A stretch of DNA of 64,000 nt from Raillietiella orientalis (Eukaryota), in contig JAYWIR010000049.1 of NCBI GenBank assembly GCA_036172245.1, positions 682,001 through 746,000 of the forward strand. Direction: 5' to 3'. The position numbers and the translations under genes were made by a program. This document shows positions 36,401 through 49,400 of the stretch, piece after piece. Position 1 is the first letter of the stretch; every line of letters begins with the position of its first letter. A model generated the notes under the pieces. That model worked only from the letters and a program-made list of their open reading frames with translations, was not told the DNA's origin and ran no database searches.

Positions 36401-39400
36401 GCAGTATATTAAGAGGAAAGTAAAGACTAAAGTCTTAAGAGGCATCATGGTGAATTGTATTATAGATTTTCGTTATTTCTTTGTGAATTGCTTGTATAAG
36501 ACTTCAAAGGCAAAGTAATCAATCCGTTGCGACCATCTTTGAAAACTAACTAACATAAGTTTTTCTATGGTTTTCTTCTATGGTCTTTATGATCTTGGAG
36601 ATCAGAATTGTTCCATCGGTTGTTGTGTATTCTCACGGGTACCAGACCAGCGTTACTTTGCGTCCCTGGCCAAATGAAGACGCGTTCCTTTTTCAATCAA
36701 GGACTTTTCTCTGATAGCGTTTTTCTTTTTTTGCTAAAGTTGCTGTCTGCTTGCATCGGAAGCCCTCTTTTCCTCGTCTGCTGCTAAACGTGACAAGTCT
36801 ACCGCCGCATTCTTCGTATTCAGAGTTACAAAAGCTGGATGTGGCATTCAGAATATCAGCTGCAAGTTATTAGTTTTATTTTCTTTGAAGTCTCACAGTT
36901 CGAATCCCGCGTAGAATCAGTTTCAATCTGAATCCCGCGGAACAGGATTTTAAAACTTCGGGTTTTTCGAGAAAATTCGATTCTTACAGGGAAACCTGTG
37001 CTGGAGAAACTGCGCACACATTCTGTACCAACGCAGACTCTTCCAAAAATGTGTAGTGGCTTGTTAAACATTAAAAAGAAGCTTAAGTTGTTTTTTCTTT
37101 TTCCCTCCGTGAGTTGTCGAGAACAAACCTTTCTATGATGTCTGATCGCACATTTTTCATGCTCTTCCTTCCAGCACTCCCGTATAGGACTAGACAACGG
37201 ACAAGGGAAATTCTTTTCCTTTACTGTCAGCAAACACCGAGACCCACGGGTCTTTTGAGGACGCTTTGTAACACCACTTACAATTTGAGGATACTTTTGG
37301 GTGAACAAGCCCCCTCCCCCTCAAAAAAAAAAAAGAGAGGTGTTCCCTGCAAACAGAGGAATATAAAGAAAGTTGCCTGTAGAGCTAGTTGATTCTGAAA
37401 AACTGTGGTTGCAATTTTGTACACAGTGATCATTCCAAAGTCCTCACCATTGCCGTTGAAAACCCCGTGTTCACAATATGCCTTTCTTTAATGGAATCTG
37501 CTTCCATCCATCTGCATTCGGCACATTACTCCTCTGCTTGGAAATCGGTAACCTCAATTCTTCCACTCTTCATCACATTGCTATTTTCATGTACTTCAGA
37601 AAACCCAAAGCCTATTTTTCGAAGTCAGAAACCAAAGCTGCGGATGGAGGAGCTTTTAGTGCCTACTCAAGCGCTTTGAATGGCTTTATTTCTTATCCCA
37701 ATTTCGGAATCGACACATTTCCGTACTTTCCCCCGATAATTGCATAAGTGTAAATACTATCTTTTCCGATGTCTTAGGAAGCGTTTTATGAGCGTCCAAT
37801 TTCTTTGGCTGACCGTCTCTTCGTGGAAGAGGAAAGTGACTGCATTCTTGAAGAAGCTCGGAATGACGATGTCGCCATGCTTGTGGTCGGGGATCCTCTT
37901 TGTGCCACAACTCATTTAGATTTATTGGCACAAGCGGATGCCAAGAAAGTCAATTATTCTATTGTGCATAATGCATCTGTGCTGACAGCTGTAGGATGCT
38001 GTGGTCTGCAGCTCTACAGATTTGGAGAAGTCGTTTCCATCCCTTTTTGGACGGAATCGTGGAAACCGTTCAGCTTCCTGGACAAGATCGAAGGAAATTT
38101 GTCTCGTAGTCTTCATACTCTTTGCCTCCTTGGTAAGAATATTTTACCACTCTTATTTGCACCAAAACCGTCATTACTTTTCGAATTACGCATTATCCTT
38201 GCACGACTTCCGAGAAATCTTTCTGCACGCATTTTTTTTTTTTTTTTCCCTGTGATTTCCCTTTGTTTCGTCTCACCGGATTTCTCAAAGTCACCCAAAA
38301 GTTCTTTCATACCGATCAGTAAACTTGACGGTGTGCACTCCGAGTTGCAGATCTCTACCGTATAAGCTTATTTGAAAGCAAAAGGCAAAAAACGTGTGAT
38401 AGTTTCTGCATTATTATTTATTTCGCATGTGCGATGGATTAGTTTTCTTGCTTCGTCTACTGGACTGTTTTTCGGGTGGTTTCATCAGGATATTTCCTGT
38501 GAAGATTTTCAGTTTGGCGGTACTTTGAGAACTTCACCGACATTACCTGCACACATGCCTTCAGTTTCTTCTTGTTCATTAATTTCATGACTTTTTTTTT
38601 TTTTTTCTCTCCTACTTTTGCTGTTAAATCGCAACTTCCTGTGGAAGCAGAGAGAAGTTCAGTGAACACGGTGTGCCGAGTGCGTTGTCCGTCAGCCGTG
38701 ACGTCACGCAACGAAGTTGAGAAAAGCAGGGATGCCGCGGGTTCCATTTTCTACCCGTACAGAAGTTTCACTTACCATTCTGACGGTTTAGAGACAATTC
38801 AAAACCGTCAGTGACATGCCCCGAAACTGTCTGTGTTTGAACTTCCATTGATTATTGATTTTCCAATGGATGTTACTTATTTTATGTTTGTTTTTGCTGA
38901 TTCGGGTCCAATTAGGGCGATGTTTGCCATTCACTCACTGAAAAGCGTTCGTTATGATGGGAGAGTGAGTTGGCGTTGGAAATCTACGTGTGAATTGTGG
39001 AGGTTTCTCGAAGGAAGGATAGGGTGAAATCGACTATTAAAGTTGGGATTTCATCCTTTTACACGGGATAGTAGAAACTTGCCAGCGTCCGTGGTGGCAC
39101 TGCGTTTCTTCTAGTTTACGAAGTAGCTAATTTTTTTTTTTTCCTGTGATCAAAGCTGGAATCAAGGCACATTCGATGCGAGAGTAGTAATTGGGGAACG
39201 AAAATACACACCAATCGGTGATTCGTCCCTGTGAAATAGAAACTCAAGAAATCCAGCGGTCGCTTTTTTATTTGATCCTTCAGGCTAAATTGCTATGTTG
39301 AGTTTCATTTGATCAAAGAACAAAGTGTTGGCAACCCTTCTGTTTGAGTGCCTCTGTTTCAAAGTTCAGAGGGGCGCACTTACCTTGCTTTCAAGATGCA

Positions 39401-40869
39401 ACTGAATAAGAGCATTTCATCGATTTTACTCAATTCTCTTGCGTGAATTGCTGCTTCACGTATCATGCAAATTTTTTCAAGCTGTGATTTGATCTACAAA
39501 TCGCATTCGGCAAATCAATGAGCGGTGTGGGGTCAGGTTTGCCCTACGCACGGTTCATCAGGTAGATGATCTTTTTTGTTTGGGAGGAATAGCTGCGACC
39601 CGGAGCTCGAGAGCAAGGATTAGAGCACACCGGAAGCAGCACAGGCTTGAAAAGAAGGAGGAAGCATCAGTAACAATTTGTCTGGACCAATACCTTCGAT
39701 ACTATTTGTCAGATTTCCGGTTTCGCTCGCGGTGAGGATCGTTCCGTGTACCATATGTAATACCATGGACGTGGACCACACAAAGTTGTTTGAAGGTTCC
39801 ACCACTCGGTACAGAACTTCTCATTAACGAAGCGGCGAGTGTGCTTTTTTCTTTCTCCTTTCCTTTCACGAGCAGTTGGTATATGGTAGGAGATTTGCTT
39901 TTCGAGAGATTCACCTGATTCCGTATCTTTTCGATTACCGATGTCCATAAATATTATTCGATCTTCAGCCGATTTTTTCTGAATCAATACAATACATGCA
40001 TACATATATTAGTAATTAGGGGATGGAGCACTAGGTAAGGAGGTAACGAGGACATTATGTCTGCGATTCGCAACATGAAATTAGAATTATAGAAGCATTG
40101 CAGTTTCAGTTTTGGAACACTTGGAGGTTCTCCATTGCCATAACTGGCGGTTTGTTGTTATACCGTCGGTCAGTTTCAAAGTTATCGGAATGGGAGGTAA
40201 TTGGGACAAAGTGCTTTGGCTTCTTCGGAGTAGTTTGCTACTCTCACCTACTGCTGCAAATTGTACAACACCTTGCGAATGCGGAGATTCGTGTCCGCGC
40301 GGTCCAGCAGACCTCGCGTTGTTAGGAGGACACTCGGAGTGACGCACCGGTTGAATTGATTTCGCGAGTAAATCACAGTTTGAAGCGTTTCGAGTCGACC
40401 CTCAAGTCGAAGTTGATTGATGGCCCTGCGAATATTACTTCAAGCAGCTGCTTTCGTTTGGAATGTACTAATTGGTGCTTCTCTAGATATCCGTATGAAA
40501 GAACTTTCTCAAGAACATTTAATGAGAGGCAAAAAAGTTTACGAGCCAGCCAAGTTGATGACTGTTCGTGAAGCGGTGGAGCAATTGCTCTACATCGTAG
40601 AAAGGAAACCGTCCGTTTGTACAGCTGGTAAGAAATGATTTTTCATCTTTTAATGCTTTTGCATCATTTCCTGATCAAAAATGTGGTCAGATTCCTTGGC
40701 CGTCGGGATCGCTCGCTTGGGCAGCGATTCCCAGCAAATAGTCGCCTCGACGTTATCGAATCTCACGAACGTCGATTTTGGTGCTCCTCTGCATTGTCTG
40801 GTGATCCCAGGGGAGCTGCATCCTTTGGAAAGGGAGTTTTTGTCGAAATTTCAGTGGCCGCTTCAATAA
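33424..40869 (+). CDS. DPH5: Diphthine methyl ester synthase (diphthamide biosynthesis 5), 4 coding exons, 269 aa
   Basis: Exons 33424-33558, 37778-38132, 40487-40627, 40691-40869 (810 nt, GT-AG, phase-consistent). Motifs MLYLIGLGL...[96 protein letters not shown]. Confidence 0.95.
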
Positions 40870-40870
40870 A
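40865..40870 (+). terminator. Candidate polyadenylation signal AATAAA overlapping the DPH5 stop codon
   Basis: ctt caa TAA a contains AATAAA. Confidence 0.45.
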
Positions 40871-41365
40871 TCCCTGTTTGAAGGAAAAGGAGGGGGGGGG
40901 GGAGTCCAAGACGGAGATTTGCTCTTTGTTTTGCTCTGAGGTTTCGGCTCCCACAAAGCATCCGCAAACAACAAGCACTTTGCTCGCGTGCATCATCTTA
41001 CACTGTCGTGTCTCGAGACGTCGGAGACGTTGGAGGGTTTTTACGCAACCGTGACCCACGATTTTTCGTTTTTTATGCACCCAGAGGCATCCCATTGGCT
41101 GCGTGGAAGCTTTCTCTTTCGAGTCGTATCTTAATGTATGTAATGTAAGGACTTTTTTATGGGCAACTTTTCTAGAGGGATTGTACCGAGTACCAGTACT
41201 TACAATGTTTACTACCATCTTCAGTTGTTCTCTGCTCCACGTCACAGGTTTGGAGAGCAAGGAGGACCCCCTTATGGGCGTCTCAAAGTCTTATGTGTGG
41301 CGAACAAATCTCGCGTGAAACAAATAAGCATGTGAGGCGAATAAAGGAGCGATGAAGATGTCTCC

Positions 41366-41461
41366 GTTTCCGTGGTGTAGTGGGGTCGTTAATTATTTCT
41401 GACCTCGCCTCACAGTACAGTGCGAACCTGGATTGAAATTCTCGATCGGGGGGGGGGAGAC
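41366..41461 (+). pseudogene. tRNA-Val(CAC)-derived pseudogene
   Basis: Starts GTTTCCGTGGTGTAGTGG (tRNA-Val 5' end and A box), contains TCGCCTCACA...GCGA (anticodon arm CAC), ends GGAGAC followed by TTTT. D arm and anticodon loop carry insertions and the T arm is degenerate. Confidence 0.55.
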
Positions 41462-41875
41462 CTTTTCTTGCATTCCCTTTAGGTCCTCACGAACTCATGC
41501 TGCTTGTCTGTCGCTCCGCGCCAGCCTTGGAGAGCACCAGGATGAAGCGAGGATAGAACGGCAGCAGATCTGGGGATGCTCTGGCCAACGCGTTAGGACT
41601 CAAAGAGAGCAAGGAGATGGAAGGACGATTGCTAAATTGCTTCGAGAGGTCATCCCGCGGATTTGTGGGAACAAGCATCCGATCACACTAGTGTTTATTA
41701 TTATTATTTTCAAGGCCAGTAGCGACTCACGAGAAGATCGCTACTGTTAGCCTAGGATGATGGAAATCCTTTTGGGGTTCGCTAGGATACTCAAGAACCA
41801 TCTCCTTTTCGAAGCGTCTCTCGGCAATGTCACCATTTATGGGAGCTGTCAACGCCACCCTAGGGTGTGTGGAAC

Positions 41876-42240
41876 TCGGGCAACCCCTTACGGAACCACC
41901 CTAATGAATGCAGTCTGTTCCTCTCTGACTCTTGAGAGGGAACCTTCTTCCTGGTTGTGTCCGAAGGGAACCGGCTCTGTGATTCCTAGAAGTACCCCGG
42001 AAGGTCACTTCCAATCCCGGCCAGTGGACGGGGTCATCTGGTTTCCGACGCGCACGCGCGTCACACCACTGCTGCACCCGAAACCCGTAGGTCAACCAGC
42101 GTCATCCCGCGGAAAGGACTCGAAACCCACGACGCATCTGTTTTCGGCATCGACCCTTTACGGGGGAGATTCGAACCCGCAACCTTAGTGCCACGCGTGC
42201 CGTCGTAGCCACATGCCCGCCAACGCGAGCCACGGTGCTG
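41876..42240 (-). mobile_element. tRNA-headed SINE-like element, short copy
   Basis: Minus strand has A-box-like TGGCTCGCGTTGG and B-box GGGTTCGAATC. Then come tgcgtcgtgggtttcgagt...gacgctggttgacc, gaccttccggggtacttctaggaatca and ccctctcaagagt..gagaggaacagact, all collinear with 13158-13915. Confidence 0.6.
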
Positions 42241-44899
42241 CCTCTGTTGACTTTCTCTGCTCAGCGTTCTCGTCAAGTCTCCTGAATGCTCTCCCCTTGC
42301 TCGACCGGAGTCTGGTCCACGCGAGCTCCCGGCTCCAGCTCATTGGGAATTGGTTGTTGTCGGGCGTCATCCAGCTGACATGGATCAGTCAGCAGCTTCA
42401 CTTACGGAGAAAGTGTGTCCTTCCATGGCGATGCTTTTCTTCTTCCTCCTTTTCCTGTTTTTCTCGGAAAGCTCGCTTCGGTGCTTTGATCGATCGGTGC
42501 CATTATGAAGTCCGCTTGTTCCTTTCGTCCAGTTCCCATGCATCGGCTCGAGATCCGTGGACCGACCGGTTCTGACCAAGCGCTTCACGAACGGAACTCG
42601 AGGAGAAATCCCTGACGGCGGATTCATCGCCGCCCGCCGCATTTTAGTGACACGCTGTCGTCTGCATCCCTCGTTTCTTGTTTCAGTGAGTCTGGAGTCG
42701 GTCGACGGGATGTTGGCTCCAGAGTTAGAAGAACGTGGAGCCCGTTGATGCCATCCCGCGGGAAAGCGAACCTTCAGTCCAGGAAAGGGAGGCGACGAGT
42801 TTGTCTCTCTTCCTCGTCCACATGCCGCCGTCGCTGCCTCGCGCGCCCACGCCCTCTCCAATCCCTACCGCGACATTTGCACGCAGCTCTGCAGTTTGCA
42901 TGCCTGACGAGGGCGATCCATGCATCTCGTGAGAGGAGCGGGAAAGTCCGCGGGAGCGATTAGAGATTCCAACTCGGCTGCCGCCGTGCTGGCGAGCAGG
43001 AATTTTCCCGAGTAGCTCGATGGGAAGCCGGCGCATGCTCGTCGTCGTAGATCCCGTCATCCTATCGCGGTTGCTTTCGGCAACTGGCGCACCTGCAACC
43101 GAGCAAAGGACATCTTGGGGGAAAATATGTGTGGGGCCGTTTGCGCCACAGCTTCCGTTCTGAAGATTCCTCGGAACCGGCGCGCGCGCGCAGCCCACCA
43201 TTACCGAGGAGAGGTGGAAGGCTGACAGAGCGCGGCGCAGCAGTTTCTGGTCACGAGGCGGTGCCAACACAGGAGCCTCCCTGAATCTTGAGCGCGCTGA
43301 AAAAGTGAACTCGAGCTGGTGCCGATGTTCCTTTCCTCTTCCCCGTTGCGTTGTGCCGTTCTCGGTCTTCTTGCTTGTCCGAGGAGCTCGTGAGCTGCAG
43401 GCGATCTCTCCGGGCCTTGGGATCGAGCGGGCTGCGCTCGGAGGGGCCGTTAGTACCTCCCCTTCCCCTCAAGCTATCGGAGCGTTGGCTGCTGCAATGC
43501 TGCTGGCAGCGGCGGCTCCAGAAGTACTGGCGCCTGCCTCTTCCATTCGTCAGGACATGGAGGAAGCACCCCTGCGGTCCCCGAGAGCCTCCTGTCTTCG
43601 GGTCCGGTTGCCTTTGCAAGCGAGTCACTGAGCATGTTCCGCGGCCCTGTCTTGCACAGCCCGGAGAAGCCGCGAGTGCCCCGTGAAGCCGTGGTTGCCC
43701 GCCTACTCGGCTCCCCTCGGCAGCCAGGTTCCTCTCGTGGGGTCCGAATAGGGAAGTGCCAGTAACACCGGGCGTTCGGTCCCAGTTCCATGTACCAAGG
43801 CCGACTCTCCAATTCAATTCTCCGGACACCAATTCCTTCGGAACCCAGTGCGTTTACCTTTTTTTTTTTTTTTTTTTTTGTTGCGTTTACAATCTGCTCC
43901 TCCGGGAAGATTTGATGCATGGCCGTTTGGAACGCTCAACCAAGGAAAGGAGACAGGAACAAACTTGAGCCTCCTCCCTCCCTTATCCACCCATCTTTCA
44001 TCCGTTTTGGTCGTTCATGCTGTCAGTCGATTATGAAGTTTGATGCCATCACTCAGAGGCAGGTTCATCCAACAGGATTGGAACCACGGAGAGGAATGCG
44101 ATACGCCTTCCACCGTTTCTCCGGCCTTTCCAGCTTCCTCGTTCTGGAAGGAGGGCTGGAGCAGGATGAATGCTAAGGGCGGAGGTAATTCTTTGGTAAG
44201 GGCCCTCCCTTCACAGAGTCAGCGCCAATCGACACTGCTTGCTTGAATTCTGAGATGAGATGATGTGATAGGAGACCAGCCGCCTTCCGAAGGCGGCAGG
44301 TCTGTTCTCCGTCGTTGGGGCTGTCATGGTTGGAGGGTCTAGTAGGTCCATGTTGGACGCTGGCCGACAGCATCACCTTGCTGAGGTCGTTCGCATGCGT
44401 TCTTGGGATTCGCCGATAGAAAATCATTGAGAAAAGCCAATGCTTCGTTATTCCTCACTTCAGAGGAATGTAGCAGATTTTCTGATCACAGTTGTATCCG
44501 TGCTTCCCGGCTAAGCGTCCATCCGGTCGGGGATGGGAGGGGAGGAGGGTTGTATGTCGCAAAGAAGATCGTAGCCCCCCAAAAATGCCGATGACTCTTG
44601 TGCTCACACGCTGTTTCCATAACTCTCCGGTATGTTCAGCAGTCTTGATGCAACGATGGAATGTGGCCGTTAAGGGAGCTGGGAAGTGGTTTCCTGCAAT
44701 GTGTTCATCCCTAAAGTTGACCCCTCCCCTCCCCGTTCAGATCTGCTATTGCGCAGAGGGAGAAAAACGCTTATCCTGGACCCTGTCCGTCCTTTTGAGA
44801 GCCCTCTGACGCGTCCAGAAGTGTGCTCGAGGAAGAAAAGAGAACCAATAGAAGGATTTGGCTGCCCCCTTGTCGACTAAAGATGTTCGGGTGACCGTC

Positions 44900-46450
44900 C
44901 GAACCCTGATAGTCGGCTCTCTGGGATCTTGGGTTCCCCCAGGTGAAGAGGTAGCTGGACAGAATGGTTGTCTCTAGCTCCAATTTATCCTCGATATTCA
45001 CTGGACCAATAGACTGGGACATCATTACTGTGAAGGAATCTTCCGGTACCTTGACGTCCAAGAAGAACTGGAACCAACCGACGCAGGTGCGGACGGAGGT
45101 TCTTTGGAAGAGATTTCATTACATTACACGGATAGAAAAAGGCGGTGGGCAGAACATGGAGATGGAAACGGTGAAGATTATCAAGAACTGGCATGCTATG
45201 TGATCCTTCTGTTTATTCAATTACCAGAGATCTTTCCGCGTCTAAATTTCAGCTCTTGGAGGACATCGTCGTTTGGGGATCCCAATGGGCCGACAATGAT
45301 TGCTCGAGCTAATGCTTGGGTTACTGAGGTCCAATGGGAGGAGGCGTGGCTCCCACATTTTCTTTCTTTTCTTTCATTGATGGCCTTATGCAGAATACAA
45401 CATCATGGGACGCTCACTAGACCCCCGCCTGTGGCAACCCCGACGACCGAGAGCGGGACTGTAGAGCTGCGTCTTTGGAAGGCACTTTGTTTCATCTCAT
45501 CTCCACTCGGAATTCAACCAAGGAGACGCGGCGTAGCAGCGGGAAGCTCGCAGTGTCGAACTCCCAGCAGATGGTGGGGACTCCGTGAAGCAGCGCTCCT
45601 CCCTTCTGGGACGCTTCCGGTGTGCTTTCAACTGGCAGAGTGCCTCCAGGACGATGCCACGACCCCTTTTTCTCCGGACGGGAGCAGGTCGTAGCGAAGG
45701 CTCCATTGATGAAGTCCTCTGTCGGCTGTCTTAGATCTCCTCCCATCGTTCCCGCTTGGCGATTTTGGACATGACCTCCCAAACCTTGTAAGACATCCCA
45801 CCTGGGTGGGAATCAGGACTTTTGTGTTTCGGCAACGAAAGAATCCCAGTGTAGGGGACGTGTTCGCTTCCAGGAAAAATACCAGAGTGGCTGCTGGAGT
45901 CCTGGCAGAGTAACGTGGAGGGAAGCGATCTAACGCGAAGCTTCGAAGTGTTGCCGCAAGGGAAATTCCAGGAAGCGCCGAACACTGCGTGTACGGACGT
46001 GTCATTAGGTCAACCGTCCGACTGTATGAGACTGACCTTTCCTTTCCCACCAACTGGCGGCTTTCAGCTTCGGAATCACGTGGGAGGCTCCTCAAGCACT
46101 TTGGCTCAAGGACAGAAGACGCGAGGCTGCATGAAGTGCAGGGGAAGATTGAAGGATTTTCCGCAGCTCCTGCCATTCTCTCAACCTGCGAGTTTCGGGA
46201 TTGTCGGCTGGCCCGCGACGAATGTTCAAGGGCAGCCAACGAAACCAACCGGGAAGCAGCAGCAGCGGCAACAGGGTGTGATGTGCTGACTGCTGGTCAT
46301 CAAAGCATCGGAAGGATGAAGGAGTGCTCGGATGACTTCCGCATTGCCAGAAAGAAGAAGCTGAAGAAGGTGCTGCCACAGCATGAGGTCTCTCTCTTCA
46401 ACCTTGCCCTTGACCTTGGCCTTATCTCCGCATTTGCCGCGGGAATCACA
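44900..46450 (+). mobile_element. Highly decayed L1/Tx1-like retrotransposon 3' half
   Basis: VLWKRFHYITRIEKGGGQ...IIKNW resembles the LW...GGL segment after LINE RT. A frameshifted CMKCRG.IE..PQLL resembles the zinc finger. Confidence 0.35.
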
Positions 46451-49400
46451 GATCCGGAGATTTCTTTGCGGTTTTCCAACCTCAGAAAATCCCGAAGCCT
46501 TGCAGTCGCAACGACTTCGATTCTCAGCAAAGTCCTCTACCGCTATGGGTGGTCCACCTGTTGCACCACCCATGGTGACACCCATGGAGTCGCCGCTGGT
46601 TCGAAAGCCGGTCTGCCGATGAAACTCGCCCCCCTTCCTAGAGCCATCGAGGACCGAAACCAGCGTCTATCGATTCCCCCTAGGCTTTGGTGTCATCCCG
46701 TGTTTACTTCATGTTTAACACCACGAAGTTTAAACTTTTCGCGAGTAGTTAAGAGGCTCGCGTTTCCGGAAGTACGTGAGAACGGGTTCCCTTGCCAACT
46801 GATCCTCACGTAACTCGGTGAAAAAGTTCGGGACGTTCTTCACGAATGCTGGCGAGCGAGACGAACGGGACGATGCGTTCTTCACGAGCACGGGTAGGGT
46901 CTGTCCCTGTTCGCATCGCGTGTCGACTGGTAAACTGAAGAAGGAGGGGGGAGGGGAACGGACGTGGGAACGGAAAATGCTTGATGGTTCAGATGCACGC
47001 TATCCCGGAGGGAACATCTGCTAGTTGGGGCAGCACAACGACGGCCCAAACCGCCGCAACATCCCTTCCGGCTACGCTGCCATATGACGGCGCCTCCGCC
47101 TGGGGGAGGGTCGTCAGTTCCCCGCTCCAGGATTTGGACGTTCAAGATCAGCGTTCCACGGATACATTTTCGAGAAAAAAGAGCAGATGGCGTTTTCACC
47201 GCGATTACGGAATCGCCTTGGCTGCTAGCAAGAAGACGCTGTCAGTTGGTGCAGGCAACGGCAGAGTGACTCGCATTCCTTTTTTTTTTTTTTTTGTGCC
47301 CTCGCTACTGAAAACAGCTCAGGTCACTCCCTCGGAGCAGCCTCCGTTCTCCTGCAGCACCGAAAAAAAAAAAAGAGCACCATCTCCTCGTGTGTTTACA
47401 AGAGCGCCACAAGAAGATCGATGGACTGCATCGGCCGATGCTTGCATGCCTACTCCGTCTCTTACGGTTCGGAGAGAGGAGGAGAGAAGCGAGGGATGTA
47501 GAAATATCGAGTAATCGAATCCGTGACAATGTGATGCGTGCCTTTTTTTTCTCACTTTTTTTTTTTTTTTAGAAAAAAAAAAACATCTTTCCTATTTTCG
47601 GAATTTTGACCTCCGCTTCCGGTTTTCGGCTTGTTTGCCATCTTCCGTCTCATAGCAAGAACGAGCGCTGTCATCAAGACGATCTTCCGGAATGGATGCG
47701 AGGAAGGAAATTCAAAGCTCGAACACCGCAGCAACGACCAGGAGATCCTCCGGATCGCGCGGATGGTGCGGGCGCTTCCTCGACGAGTACTCCTCTTGCT
47801 CTGCCGTGCCGCGGTCGCTCTTCTCCGAATCTGGCTCCATCCTTCCGGGCGAGCAGTGCGGAAAGGAAGCCAGGAAAGGCGAGAAGCGGAAATTTTTCGA
47901 GCAGCGGTTCCTTCGATTCCTCGAGGTTGTGGCACTGGACCAACCCGATCCATTTTCTTTTTACAGAAGTGGGAGCCCTGTCGGCACCGCAGTTTATAAG
48001 ACCGTGGCTTTCCATACCCCACTGGAATCCCCTCCCGAGTTCGCAGGGGGGCTGACCGTGATCGATTATCATCATTAATCGCCAATTTCGTCATTAATTT
48101 TCAATCCGGTTATCCACTTGCGTCTTCGCAGCCTCCCGTGTTTCGTTCGGCCTAGTCAGGTATCTCCGAAAGCCAGGGGCAGCGAGCAAGTTGCGTTCCA
48201 GAAATCCCAGGGAACTCATAAATGCAGGAGGCTCAGACGAGGACTCGTTTGAGGATTTCCACACGTGCCGCAAGCCAGTGAAGTTTTCTCTTTGCTTTCG
48301 TCTGAGCAGATCAAAAAGAGCTTGCTCCATAGATCGCAGATTTTCAAAGCAGCTTTCGTCTCTTGCTCGCTCCTCTCTTTTTAGTACGCGAGAGTTGAGG
48401 GGAGAGGGGGGAGGGGGAGGGAAGGGGATGTTCGCGGAAAGGCGAAAAGAGGCTCGCCTTCAGAATTGGAAGAGAAAGAAAGTTGCCTGCCACATGATGA
48501 ATATTCGAAAGAGATCGGAGGAGGCAAGCATATCTCTCTAGTCCCCAGATACGATCGCAACCTGCAAGGCTGAATTTGCACAACAATGGCGGATATAACA
48601 ATGAATATTTTCGCGGATATGACCAAGATTAGATAACAATGAGCAAATCATAACAATGAATTCACGCGACAATGAATTTTGCGCAGCCTGCAATCACCAA
48701 GTTTTAGGGGAGGGGCACCCGATAGATGTGTTTTATACGTTCCTGTCAGCTGTCGTAGACTTCAGCGGCTCTTTTCCTGCGGCGGTTCGGCGGTTCTTAC
48801 GGAAGCGTTTCCGCACTGTTGCTGAGCACTAACACGAGTAAGGAAAGAACGGAAACATTGCGCACTTTGAAACCAGGACTCCTCGAGTCGTAGCAAGGGG
48901 CGCCCTTCGCAACCGGCGCGTGGGCGTCATGACAGCTCGCGTCTGAGACCGTGGGGCTCTCTTCCTCCAGATGTGGGAGCAGCCATGCTGGGAGCGCAGT
49001 GCTCCACCCCTCCACGCTTCCGATTTCGACCGGATCTTCTGCATCCGGATCCAGCCGTCCCCGTTCTCGGAAAGGCAGGAGCAAAGTGCAAAATCATTGG
49101 ACTGCACTGCGCAAGATCCATCGCTTGGAGCCTCCGGAGGGTGCGGAGAGACCAGGATGAGGGAGAGAAAGGAATAAGATGGACATGCGCTGAGAACGGG
49201 TGCTCCCGGCCAACTGCTTCGAAGGAAGCCGATGAGATGCCGGTGAAAGAAGTGCAGGCACGCGGTTTCACGGTGGCACACCGTTGACTGGTTCCCGCGA
49301 GGGGCAGGGCAGCAGGTTGCCATCGCAGCCCGCACGCTTCCTGATTGCAGAAGCTCCGTTAAGAAGAAACGACCCTCTGTCCAGCAGTATGAAATGAAAG

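Noticed and set aside
34900..37700. GDFN-like (about 35365) and SDH-like (about 37425) motifs suggesting LINE endonuclease remnants in DPH5 intron 1
   Set aside because: They require frameshifts and rest on very short motifs, too weak to annotate.
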